Source: Licmophora abbreviata
Lineage: Eukaryota
Reading direction: 5' to 3'
Length of the DNA: 34,633 nucleotides
Assembly (NCBI GenBank): GCA_900291995.1
Contig: OLMU01001691.1
Coordinates: 1 to 34,633, forward strand
The notes under the pieces are model-generated. The model saw nothing but the letters and a program-made list of their open reading frames with translations. It did not search any database and was not told the origin of the DNA. This document shows positions 1 to 10,415 of the stretch, piece after piece. Each line of letters begins with the position of its first letter. Within the stretch, counting starts at the first letter, position 1. A program made the position numbers and the translations under genes.

Positions 1-1
1 A

Positions 2-970
2 TGTCCTCTTCCACTGCGTGCAGCGTCATTTTCATCTCCCAAAAAGAATGCCAGCTCGAAAAGCTTGCTATCCACGGTCATCATGTTGGATTCGGAAGAC
101 GAGGAAGAGAAGGAATCTAGTAGTAGTCGGCCGTGGGGACACCGCACGTCTTCGCTCCAAGCTTCTGAGCGAGCATCCTCCGGGTCGTCGCTTTCTCGTT
201 TGTCACTGGGCGGCTTCAACACGGACAGTAGCACTACTATCTCGCCAAACTTCAAGGCTTCACGTCGTCGACGCCGACGCATGCGGCGCTCTCCAACGGT
301 GGAGCGAATCGACATGGAACGCACCGGCCTTCCACCCTCTCTCACGTCCCCTCGCTACAATCTAGACGACCGAGCCTACCTCCGTGACATGGAACTATTC
401 GCAGCGCGTCTAGGCAAGGGCTGCATTCTGTGGGACTCGTCGCCTTACTATCCCACGTTGGAAGCGGAGATGACAGCTGCCCAGACTTGCATTGCGAGTA
501 GTGCCTCTCGCTTCTTGGTACAGGGTGCGATTGCGAGTACGCATGGCATGCATGGGCTCTTTCGACTCTCGTGGATTGGCAATCGATATCCACTCACGGA
601 CAGTGGTGTTTTCATTTCGGGAGGCAGAAGCGATCAGTTCTGGACGAACATGGTCCACTTGAGCTTGTCCAAAAGACATGCCTTTGTTTATGCGTTGTCT
701 GATTCTATCTGTGATGTGAACAAACTCGACGATCTCATGAAAGTACAACAGACTCACGGGATACAAGTGCAAAGACTCGAGCTGACTGGTACAAGTGGTC
801 ATCTAGACGACAAACGGCTCACTGTAGAAGAGTACCTAGCTTTTGCCGAAGCCTTAATCGATACCATCGCAGGGTGTAAGCTAGGAGAAGAGGACGAAGA
901 GTGGTGGAGTTCGGAAGACGAAGAGACCGGGCAAGAGATAATTGAAGAGAGTAGACCATGTACAAATTAA
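2..970 (+). CDS. DUF829/TMEM53-like alpha/beta-hydrolase-fold protein, C-terminal part (5' end lies outside the window)
   Basis: The frame is open from nt 2 to TAA at 968-970. 'CILWDSSP' and 'HAFVYALSDSICD...HGIQVQRLELTGTSGHLDDKRLTVEEY' resemble the DUF829 motifs (IFDSxPG; LYLYSxxDxLI...SxHxxH...Y). A Ser/Arg-rich low-complexity stretch precedes them. Confidence 0.6.
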   Translation, partial: CPLPLRAASFSSPKKNASSKSLLSTVIMLDSEDEEEKESSSSRPWGHRTSSLQASERASSGSSLSRLSLGGFNTDSSTTISPNFKASRRRRRRMRRSPTVERIDMERTGLPPSLTSPRYNLDDRAYLRDMELFAARLGKGCILWDSSPYYPTLEAEMTAAQTCIASSASRFLVQGAIASTHGMHGLFRLSWIGNRYPLTDSGVFISGGRSDQFWTNMVHLSLSKRHAFVYALSDSICDVNKLDDLMKVQQTHGIQVQRLELTGTSGHLDDKRLTVEEYLAFAEALIDTIAGCKLGEEDEEWWSSEDEETGQEIIEESRPCTN

Positions 971-1035
971 GTAAAATGCAAAGGCGAGAACAGGTCTCCC
1001 CTTCACTGACAGTTGCAATTGCAATCAAAGCGTCT

Positions 1036-2025
1036 TCAATACCATATGTTTCCTTCGAGTAGCTCGTCCCAGTCCACGATCCGCCATGGGCCACGCTTAC
1101 GTTTCCTTCGACCGTCTTCGTTTCGTGAAACGATCATTTCAAACCGTACAACGTGAGTAACTCGTATCAGGTCTGGCGATTCAGAGCCATGTAGTACCTC
1201 ACCGGTCTTGCGGTCCCGAATTTGAAATGCTTCAAGGCACTCAATGGCTACATCGGCAATCAGAGTTGCTACACCATTCCGCCCAATTTCTCTATAGATC
1301 TCCTCTGCATATGGAGTCCGTTGATCTGTTGGCACCTTGCGTTCCACCTCATCAAGGTTCTTCTGGAAAGCTCCTTTCCACTGTGGATTCTGTTGGACAG
1401 CCTGACGTGTTAGACTTGGAACAACAAACGTACCCAGCAAACGTTGGTTCAACGGCATCATGAAAAAGACAACATCGAGGGAAGTTGGATCCTCGACTGT
1501 TCTGTAGAGATCTCTAAGGCTTTCTTCGAGTACTAGGGGACCGAGAACAGAGTCGTCCTGACTCTCCTCTTCTGTAGTGGTCGAGCTAGAGTCAAACTGT
1601 ATTCCCTTCTCCTCAGTGTCAATACGACTGATAGGAACTCCGAAAGTCGACGACACAACCGATGCCACAGCCTTTTGGAATGCCCACGCAAAGTCGCTGG
1701 CCAGTTTCTCGTGGTACGACTTGGGAAAGAAGCATTCCAACAGTGATACTCCCATTCCTCCAGAAAAAGCAAACTCTTGCATGACCTGGAAGAACGCCCT
1801 TAAAATTCCAGAGCGGCGGGGAAGGATGGGATCATCGTACGTGTCGAGACGTGGCAAGGGATCCGTCGTGTGCCTCCAAGGAAATTTGAAGGAGGGTTCG
1901 CTTGTGTCAGACGATGATTCCGTTGAAAAAGGACTCCGACTTAGTTCGGCGAGCAAAGGATGAATGGTACGGCGTCTCAAGAGAGGACGAACGAGGCACG
2001 CGGAAGACAGCGCCATGGTCATCAT
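1036..2025 (-). CDS. Tim44-like domain protein, probably mitochondrial (MRPL45/Mba1/MAIP1-type)
   Basis: Single ORF. Likely start at MMTMALSSACLVRPLLRRR (2025 or 2016), an Arg-rich presequence-like N-terminus. The C-terminal 'ECLEAFQIRDRKTGEVLHGS...VTHVVRFE...WRIVDWD' fits the Tim44-like domain pattern. Confidence 0.65.
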   Translation of the reverse strand: MMTMALSSACLVRPLLRRRTIHPLLAELSRSPFSTESSSDTSEPSFKFPWRHTTDPLPRLDTYDDPILPRRSGILRAFFQVMQEFAFSGGMGVSLLECFFPKSYHEKLASDFAWAFQKAVASVVSSTFGVPISRIDTEEKGIQFDSSSTTTEEESQDDSVLGPLVLEESLRDLYRTVEDPTSLDVVFFMMPLNQRLLGTFVVPSLTRQAVQQNPQWKGAFQKNLDEVERKVPTDQRTPYAEEIYREIGRNGVATLIADVAIECLEAFQIRDRKTGEVLHGSESPDLIRVTHVVRFEMIVSRNEDGRRKRKRGPWRIVDWDELLEGNIWY

Positions 2026-2220
2026 CACATTGTCCTGTGTCTGTATTATTTTGCTCGCCCTCGTAAACATCCGGGTTCTTGTATCGGATCGCCTTTCGCG
2101 AGCTCCCATCACGAGCTCTTTCCGCAGCCCCACATTCATCATGCCTCATCCTCACAGTTTGGTGCGGGTGCTCTCTTGTCGCTGCTTCGTCTTTCTCGTT
2201 CTTCCATTCTGCCCGTCGCG

Positions 2221-5200
2221 ATGGCCTACGAAGAGGAACCGTACAATGGCGACGAGAACAACGGTGAAATGATGGACATGGACGAGATGCCCGTCACGCA
2301 AGAGGACGCATGGGCGGTGATTAGGTATGCGATTTCTTTTTTGTACTGAGTTCTACGTCATTCCTACGTGAAATTCTTGACCTGATGGGAGTGACTGGTC
2401 CTTTCAGCAGCTGTTACTCACATGTGGCTTTGTTTCCTCTCCTTTGTCTCTTACTTTCAGTGCTTACTTTGAAGAAAAAGGTCTAGTGCGTCAACAGTTG
2501 GATTCCTTCGATGAATTCATTCAAAATACCATGCAAGAGTTGGTCGACGACTCGGGAGACATTCGTGTGTCGCCGGAGCTACAGCATATGGTGGGCTTCG
2601 ACGAGGATCAGCTCGACGATGCGTTGCAGTCACCCACCAAGCAAGTATTTGAAGTCCAATTCGGGCAAGTCTATTTGTCGAAACCGACGACGGTCGAAAA
2701 AGATGGCACCGTGACCAATATGTTTCCCCACGAGGCCCGCTTGCGCAACATGACATACTCGGCGCCGCTCTATGTCGATGTCACAATGAATCAGTATCAA
2801 GTGCCACACGATACCAACATTTATGATCCTACCGAAGATATGGGGACGCCTCTTAGTACGGAACAGGCGCGCAAGGAGTTCTTGGGCTACGTTCCTATTA
2901 TGCTTCGGAGTCTGTTTTGTGTACTGAGTGACAAGGACGATGCCGACTTGACGGATCTTGGCGAGTGCATTTACGATCAGGGTGGATACTTTGTGATTAA
3001 TGGAAGTGAAAAAGTGATTATTGCGCAGGAACGACTCAGCAACAATCACGTGTACGCGTTCAAAAAGAAACAGCCTAGCAAATTCTCGTGGGTCATTGAA
3101 ACGCGAAGTCAAGTGGAAAATTCGACGCGGCCCGTCAGTACACTGTACATTCAAATGTACCACAAGGGTGGGAAGCAAGCTATTGAAGGGAATCAGATTC
3201 GCAGCACACTTCCCTACATTCGGTCTGACATCCCCGTCGTGATTATCTTTCGAGCTCTGGGATATGTGGCGGACCGAGATATTATCGAGCATGTTGTATA
3301 CGACCTGACAGACGGGGAAATGATGGACTTATTCCGACCCTCTCTCGAAGAGGCTTTCGTGATTCAGCGGCAGGATGTTTCGCTCGATTTCATTGGCCGA
3401 CGTGGTAGTGCAAAGGACGTTACCAAGGACGATCGAATCCGCTACGCGGCGGGCATTTTGCAAAAGGAAGTCTTGCCTCATGTTGGAACCGAAGAACATT
3501 GTGAAACGAAAAAGGGTTTCTTTCTCGGATATGCAGTACATAAACTGCTCATGTGCCGGCTGGGTCGTGCGGAAGAGGACGATCGCGACCACTTTGGCAA
3601 GAAGCGCTTGGATCTGGCGGGACCGCTTCTCGGCGGCTTGTTCCGTGTTCTCTTTCGCAAGCTGACCAAGGATGTCAGGCGACACTTGCAGCGATGTCTC
3701 GACGAAGGCAAGCATTTCAACGTCGGTTCGGCTATCAAGAGCAACCACATCACAGACGGACTCAAGTATAGTCTCGCAACGGGTAACTGTAAGTCAAGTC
3801 TCGAGGGAATGCTTGGATCTTTCATCGGAACTCGATCGGATCTCACCTTTGCTGTGTGTCGCCGTATTTTTTCGACAGGGGGTGACAAGGGAGCCTCGTC
3901 GAAAGCTGGAGTGTCCCAAGTGTTGAACCGACTGACTTATGCCTCGTCGTTGTCGCATTTGCGGCGCTGCAACACGCCATTGGCTCGCACGGGTAAGCAA
4001 GCGAAGCCGCGCCAGCTACACAATACTCATTGGGGAATGGTGTGTCCAGCCGAAACACCTGAAGGTCAAGCGGTCGGGCTTGTCAAGAATCTAGCGCTCA
4101 TGGCGTACATTACTACGGGAACTGCTCAAGTGCCCGTCATGGAGTTCCTCGAGGAGTTCAGCACTGAGAATCTTACCGACATTCTTCCATCGGTTATTGC
4201 GGAACCGAACACGTGCAAGATTTTCGTAAACGGAAATTGGGTCGGGATTCATCGCGATCCGAAAGCGTTGGTAGATACCTTCCGCTCTCTTCGGCGCATG
4301 ATTGATATTGATGCAGAAGTGAGTATCGTTCGAGATATAGTTGACAAGGAGGTGCGCATCTACACGGACGCGGGACGTATCTGCCGCCCGCTCTTTGTGG
4401 TACAGGACCAGGAGTTGGCCATCAGGAAGCATCATATTTCCCAGTTGCAAGGATTGAATCCTGATCAAAAGAAACTCTCATGGGCCGATCTACTTATGGA
4501 AGGCCTCGTTGAATACATCGATACGGAAGAGGAGGAAACGACGATGATTGCTATGGAGCCCAAGGATCTCGAAGCGGACGATTCGTATTCGTCGACGTAC
4601 ACTCATTGTGAGATTCACCCCTCGATGATTCTTGGAGTTTGCGCTTCCATCATCCCTTTCCCCGATCACAACCAGAGTCCCCGTAACACGTACCAAAGCG
4701 CTATGGGCAAGCAAGCCATGGGCATCTATGCCTCGAATTATCAAGTACGTATGGACACCATGGCTCACGTGCTTCACTATCCCCAGAAGCCTCTCTGTAC
4801 CACTCGCGCTATGGAGTTTCTACACTTCCGTGAGCTTCCAAGTGGTGTCAATTGTGTGGTTGCGATCATGATTTACACAGGTTACAACCAAGAGGACTCG
4901 CTGATTTTGAACCAGTCCGCAATCGATCGCGGGCTCTTCCGATCATCGTACTACCGCTGCTACATTGACCAAGAGAAAGCTAGCACCGTTGGCACCGTCG
5001 GATCGTTCTCATCAGAACTGTTTGAAAAACCCACCATGGACAGTACACGTGGCATGAAGCACGGCGAGTATGGCAAGCTTGATGATGACGGACTCGTTGC
5101 TCCAGGAACGCGAGTCTCGGGTGATGATATCTTGATTGGAAAAACGGCGCCGCTGGACGTCACGACCGGCATGCCTTCACGATATACAAAGCGCGACGCC

Positions 5201-6169
5201 AGTACATCGATGAAGGCGAACGAAAACGGTATCGTCGATAATGTCCTTATCAGTACGACCAAGGAGGGGTACCGCTTTACAAAGGTTCGGGTGCGAAATG
5301 TTCGGATTCCACAGGTTGGCGACAAATTTGTAAGTTTGGTCAAGAATTCTCCCGTGAAAGTCTTGCTTTCGTTTTTCTTGGTGCGCATCTAAGTCTCCCC
5401 GGTTCGCTGCTTGCAGGCTTCGAGGCACGGCCAGAAAGGTACCATTGGTATGACTTATCGGCAGGAAGATATGCCGTTCACAGCAGAGGGCATTGTTCCC
5501 GATATCATCGTCAACCCACATGCAATTCCATCTCGAATGACCATCGCTCAGCTCATTGAGTGTTTGCTGGGCAAGGTAGTTGTGTTTCAAGGATGCGAAG
5601 GTGATGCTACGCCTTTTACTGACGTTACTGTAGAGGATATCAGTACTCGTCTCCATGCTATGGGGTATCAAAAACATGGAAACGAGGCTCTCTACCAAGG
5701 GCACACGGGTCGTCCACTGAATGCTCGCGTTTTTATCGGGCCGACATTTTACCAGCGATTGAAGCATTTGGTGGACGACAAGGTTCATTCACGCGCTCGA
5801 GGTCCCGTGGCCATGCTGACACGCCAACCACTTGAAGGACGATCCCGTGATGGTGGTCTGCGCATGGGGGAGATGGAGCGCGACTGTTTGATCACTCACG
5901 GCTGCGCGAACTTCATGCGCGATCGCTTCTTTTGCAATTCGGATCAGTACCGGATACACATCTGTGAGCGCTGCGGCTTGACTGCCCAAGCTAACCTGAA
6001 AAAGATGACTTACGAGTGTCGCACCCCAATGTGTGTCGGTCGGCCTTACCGGATTTGTCAGATTGAGATCCCGTATGCGTGCAAGTTGCTATTCCAGGAG
6101 ATGATGTCCATGTGCATTAGCACCCGTATCTATACGGATCTGGTCCCGACTCGCGACAAGTCGTATTGA
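2221..6169 (+). CDS. RPB2: DNA-directed RNA polymerase II second-largest subunit; exons 2221-2324, 2461-3788, 3879-5329, 5417-6169 (about 1211 aa)
   Basis: Pol II B-subunit motifs [76 protein letters not shown] and [17 protein letters not shown], plus a C-terminal Zn ribbon. Removing GT-AG introns 2325-2460, 3789-3878 and 5330-5416 restores AVISAYF, LATGNWG and [12 protein letters not shown]. Confidence 0.98.
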
Positions 6170-6829
6170 AGATCGACAAGGGTAGATCTGGCGGACTGGT
6201 CAAATCTTGGAGCAGCCTTTCCATGAAGGACTTCACTAAGTTGTCGACTAGCTAGTTCCTGGTGCGCGCTAACTAGCTATAGTTGCTTCTCCTAGGCCAC
6301 ACATACTCAGATGCTCGTTCAAGATGATTTCAATTCGATGAAAACTTAGCAAAAAATAACATAGATAATAATGAGACAACACGAACGGTGCCAGTTATAG
6401 GTTCCAGCTCTCTTCGAAGAGCCCGAACGTCTCTTGGTGACGGTTGGTGAAACTGATGAACATGTCCGTCACGTCTGCAGACCACACATCAAGCACACAT
6501 CGTCAGCCGCACAGACCGCGAATTTCTCGACGCGACGCGCGATGATGATGCTAATGGATGGCATGTGGATGTGTTCAGTGTATCAGGGCGTGCTAAATCA
6601 CAAGGTCGGGCAGTCCAGTTGTTGTAGTGGACTAGTAGACAAGAGCTTCAAGCTGCGAAAGTGCCCCCTCTAGGAGGAGAGCGGGACGAGCGTTGAGCGC
6701 CTTTGCAGCATCATTCAGGTGGACACGAAGTTTTCAGATCGCAGACGCAACACGCCGACGACGTTGCGGCGAAGACTTAGAGATTTTCGAACACGGCCTC
6801 GTCCCGCCTTCTGTGTACCCGCACCCTCT

Positions 6830-8365
6830 ATGAACTCCGCAGCATCTTGTCATGAGATTCAGGATTGTCCGGGCTTGTATGTCGATGCATTTCGCGGGAA
6901 ATTCTCAGCTAGAACCCGTGATCCAAACTGCGCCTTTGTTCTGACTCACTACCACGGCGATCATTACAGCGGCTTGCCCCGAGAGAACAAGTTTCAAGGC
7001 CCCGCACAGATTCACTGTACTCCAGTGACTGCGAACCTTCTGCTGACAGTTCATGAAGTGCCGCAAGAGTTTGTTGTCGAGCACGCGTATAGCGAGACGT
7101 GGACTTATCATATTTTGGGGAGCGCCGACAAGACTGCGGATGTGACGTTCTACGACGCACATCATTGTCCGGGAGCAGCGATAGTCTTGATTGATATGCC
7201 CCATCTAGGCGTTACGCATTTGCACACTGGCGATATGAGATTTCACGACAAGATGAAGAGCTATCCTCGTCTGCAGCAAGCGGTGCAGAAACAACAGCTA
7301 GACCTGGTGTACTTGGATACGACGTATGGGCACCCGAAACACGACTTTGTGCCCCAAGAGGAGGCAATTGATACCATTGCGAGTCATGTCGAAGGAATTC
7401 AGGGATCTGATGGAGCCAGTAGCAAGACTTTGGTTTTGCTGTCATGCTATTCGATTGGGAAGGAGAAAGTACTTTGGGAAACGTCCACGCGATGTAATCA
7501 GTTGGTTCATGTAACGGAACGAAAGATGGAAATGCTTCGATGTATACAAAGCAACGATCAGGAAGCGTCGTCACAGATGATTGAAAGATGTACGCTAGAT
7601 CCAGCTCAGAGCAATATTCATGTCGTCCCCATGGGGCTGGCAGGGCAACTATGGCCGTTCTTTCAGCCGAACTATTGGGGTCTTCTTGAATACGTTGAGA
7701 AGCTGGAAAAGCGATACGATGCGGTAGTTGCGTTTCTCCCAACTGGATGGGCAAACGGTTCGAACTGGAACAAGAAGAATGCCGTGAGTAAGAAGCGAGT
7801 GGATCGAAAGCTGAGCGAGGGCACAGTCGATATAGAGATTCGGCTAGTTAGCTACTCGGAGCATTCTGCCTTTTCAGAACTTCGCGCCTTTGTGGAGTTT
7901 CTTCGACCAAGGAAAGTTGTTCCAACTGTCTACTCGGACGACAATGATCTAAGAAAGATTGAAGGCCACTTCCGCAACCTTGTTGACACGACGCGTGCCA
8001 AGCGACAGTTCTTCATGTCCATGTCGAAAGGCAACAAGAGGGAAGAAGACAATAGTAATGCAACCTGTAGTGCATCGCTAAAGGTTGAGAGTACATCAAT
8101 TGTCGCTACCACACCGCGACAACATAAGAAGCCCAGAATAGACGATACCCATGTCGCGGCTCTAGTATCCATGGGATTCGGTATAGAGTCGTCGAGACGC
8201 TCATTGGAAAGTCATAGAGGTGACTTTCAGGCAACTTTGGAACACTTGCTTGGGGGAACGCCACCTGCCCCAGTCGGACACGGTGCCCAGAAAGAATCGT
8301 CACGCCCGAAAGTTGACACGCCATCACCTACGATTACACAATTCTTTGCTCCTAAAAAGTCATAA
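6830..8365 (+). CDS. SNM1: SNM1/PSO2 (DCLRE1A-like) DNA cross-link repair nuclease: metallo-beta-lactamase + beta-CASP, with C-terminal UBA domain
   Basis: Motifs VDAF, THYHGDHYSGL (HxHxDH), DAHHCPGA, HTGDMR, YLDTTY, YSIGKEK, FLPTGW and YSEHS..EL..FV..LRP.KVVPTV. UBA-like 'VAALVSMGFG...SLESHRGDFQATLEHLL'. The first in-frame ATG is at 6830 (the ORF track starts at GTG 6719). Confidence 0.9.
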   Translation: MNSAASCHEIQDCPGLYVDAFRGKFSARTRDPNCAFVLTHYHGDHYSGLPRENKFQGPAQIHCTPVTANLLLTVHEVPQEFVVEHAYSETWTYHILGSADKTADVTFYDAHHCPGAAIVLIDMPHLGVTHLHTGDMRFHDKMKSYPRLQQAVQKQQLDLVYLDTTYGHPKHDFVPQEEAIDTIASHVEGIQGSDGASSKTLVLLSCYSIGKEKVLWETSTRCNQLVHVTERKMEMLRCIQSNDQEASSQMIERCTLDPAQSNIHVVPMGLAGQLWPFFQPNYWGLLEYVEKLEKRYDAVVAFLPTGWANGSNWNKKNAVSKKRVDRKLSEGTVDIEIRLVSYSEHSAFSELRAFVEFLRPRKVVPTVYSDDNDLRKIEGHFRNLVDTTRAKRQFFMSMSKGNKREEDNSNATCSASLKVESTSIVATTPRQHKKPRIDDTHVAALVSMGFGIESSRRSLESHRGDFQATLEHLLGGTPPAPVGHGAQKESSRPKVDTPSPTITQFFAPKKS

Positions 8366-8374
8366 CGTTCACTT

Positions 8375-10060
8375 TTAATTGCTATCTTGGGTGGAAGATT
8401 CCTGTTGTGTCATCTCATACGCCAGGTCAGCTCGTTTCCGGTTGCGACGCTCGCGATGAGCATTCAAGGCGAGAATGAGCAATAGCCGTCCTGTTGGAAT
8501 GCCAAAGAAGAGAATCGAATAGAAATGCAAAACTGGAATCAGGCCGTTCTGAAGTGCGCTCGCCAAGACACTTCCTGCCATGCTACTTATGTCCAAAACG
8601 CCGCCAGGCTGCAAGCTTTGTCCCACCCAAAGAACGCCGACAAAGTTCAGGACTCCTAGAATGACACAATGTAGAAACTGGCGCCTCTGTAACTTAGTCA
8701 GCATGTATCGCTGTTTCTGCAACGAAGAGGGAAGCTCAAAGGAAGAACTTCGTACAGTCACTGTTTCCTTGGCATACAAGACCGATTCCCAGGTGTCATC
8801 GTCAAGATCCAGAACATTCTCGTATCGACCAACTATGTGACTCTCGGCCAGTAATTCAGGAAACAAGAAGCGATTCTTGCCGACCGACTGGGTCCCGTTC
8901 GTTGGTGGGGACGATACTGGGACCCCGTTGAAGTGCGCAATAATGTTCAACGTGGAAGCAACGATTCCTCGGTTCAACGATTTTGGTGGCACGTCAGCAT
9001 AGGGAGCAAGTTCCTCAAGCGACACCCCTGTGACTCCCTCTTTCGACGATAACTGTACAATAACGGCAGCCCGTAACTTCCAAATATCATGTTCAGAAGG
9101 TCCTGGCGTAAACGGTGTCGGCCCAAACAAGAATTCGACAGCCACTGACAGGAGTCCCCGATAGTCTTCTTGACCCGATGCATTGCTCAACTGTGACGTA
9201 TCTTCGTCGTCTCTCCCCCATGTTCCCCGGTTTAGCAATGAGACGCCATCGCCTTGCTCATCGCCGATATTACTTCCGAGTCTTCCATATCGCCGTGTCC
9301 ATCCCCGTTGTCGACTTCGCAATTGCGACGCCCGCAGCCAAAACCACAGACTGCCCGGACTCCCGCAACACACGGACGAACACAGTGCCAAGTCGTACGC
9401 CATTTCACGCAAGAACGGATCTTGACCTTCCATGGTCCCCCCAAACATGGCATAGCACCAGAGTAACTGTCGCATCGAGAAGAACAACGATCGCAGACGC
9501 CTCATCAAGTCGGATGTCTGATTGCGATGTCCGCCTCGCGACATGGCGACAATGGCCGCCAACAAACCCACCATTCCCAAAATTGTAACAATCAACAATG
9601 ATAAGATCAAACCAAACGCCGTCAGTACTTTCAAAGCCTTGACCAGGACATAGAGAATTCCCATGAATGCGTCTCGCAGTGTTTCGCTTCGACGCTTGTT
9701 TCTGGCACGCCGTGCAAAGTCCGGCGGGAACGTGAATTCCATTACGTTTACACCGTCCACCTTGATGAATTCGAAGGTCGCTCCTGTCTCACCACCTCCG
9801 ACTATGCTGAGGAGAGCACACAATTCAGCACAAGCGTCATTGACGCTCAAGCCTACTTCACTGGCCAGTCGCGCCGGTCGAATCTTGTATTCAGGAGCAC
9901 ACTGCTGAATGACTTGTAGAATGCGTTCATCAAGAGGAGATGCGCTCGAGCTGGAGTCGTCTTCCTCATTTTGATCAATAGAGAGAGACATGGGTGATTC
10001 GCTGTGCATGTTTGTGCTCTCTGAAAAGGGAGGAGCAAGACGAGGACCGCGCCGCTGCAT
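8375..10060 (-). CDS. Multi-pass membrane protein resembling the At5g03900-like family conserved in cyanobacteria and plastids; function unknown
   Basis: 561 aa intronless ORF. Colinear blocks recalled from that family: 'LASEVGLSVNDA...FTFPPDF', TM hairpin 'AFGLILSLLIV', 'EFLFG', 'EELAPYADVP', 'FLFPEL', 'LGVLNFVGV' and 'FFGIPTGR...NAHRERRNRKR'. Confidence 0.65.
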   Translation of the reverse strand: MQRRGPRLAPPFSESTNMHSESPMSLSIDQNEEDDSSSSASPLDERILQVIQQCAPEYKIRPARLASEVGLSVNDACAELCALLSIVGGGETGATFEFIKVDGVNVMEFTFPPDFARRARNKRRSETLRDAFMGILYVLVKALKVLTAFGLILSLLIVTILGMVGLLAAIVAMSRGGHRNQTSDLMRRLRSLFFSMRQLLWCYAMFGGTMEGQDPFLREMAYDLALCSSVCCGSPGSLWFWLRASQLRSRQRGWTRRYGRLGSNIGDEQGDGVSLLNRGTWGRDDEDTSQLSNASGQEDYRGLLSVAVEFLFGPTPFTPGPSEHDIWKLRAAVIVQLSSKEGVTGVSLEELAPYADVPPKSLNRGIVASTLNIIAHFNGVPVSSPPTNGTQSVGKNRFLFPELLAESHIVGRYENVLDLDDDTWESVLYAKETVTVRSSSFELPSSLQKQRYMLTKLQRRQFLHCVILGVLNFVGVLWVGQSLQPGGVLDISSMAGSVLASALQNGLIPVLHFYSILFFGIPTGRLLLILALNAHRERRNRKRADLAYEMTQQESSTQDSN

Positions 10061-10415
10061 GTCTTTGGCTCGCGGTCATCCCACACTCATTGTGGATTTG
10101 CGATCACAGCTCGAGAAGTTTCGATTTGCGACGATGAGTTCAAAATTCAGCTCGTGACTGATCATGGGGCTCAGACCTGAATCCATGACTCAACTGTCTA
10201 TTCTACGAATCTTTTCTACACAAAGTCAAGGAGAATGTTCCGGGACTCAGAGATTTCAGTCCCACTTCTTCAGCATTGGCTGGAGTCGTGCTTTTGTTCG
10301 CGGCTGCATGAGTTTGAAGTTCGGCCGGCGACATCACACGGCGGGGTCGCGGCTTCTTCACATCATCACAGCTATGATACACCGTTTCCCTCAAACACAT
10401 CGCTTCATTACTACC

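Noticed and set aside
6250..6278. AGCTAGTT/AACTAGCT inverted repeat after RPB2 as a terminator
   Set aside because: An 8-bp stem without a U-tract in a eukaryotic 3' UTR, compatible with chance.
6396..6550. Minus-strand frame containing TGC-GGC-TGA (Cys-Gly-Sec-like)
   Set aside because: In-frame TAG shortly upstream with no ATG, no resemblance to SELENOF/M, and no SECIS seen.
6590..6790. Possible structured ncRNA (RNase MRP-like GAAAGTGCCCC, small hairpins, ATGATGA C-box at about 6542)
   Set aside because: No complementary P4/CR-V strand and no properly placed D box or U3/SRP motifs. An Infernal/Rfam scan would be decisive.
6890..6901. Double E2F-like TTTCGCGGGAAA near the SNM1 start
   Set aside because: It lies within coding sequence at and just after the conserved VDAF motif, so protein constraint or chance explains it.
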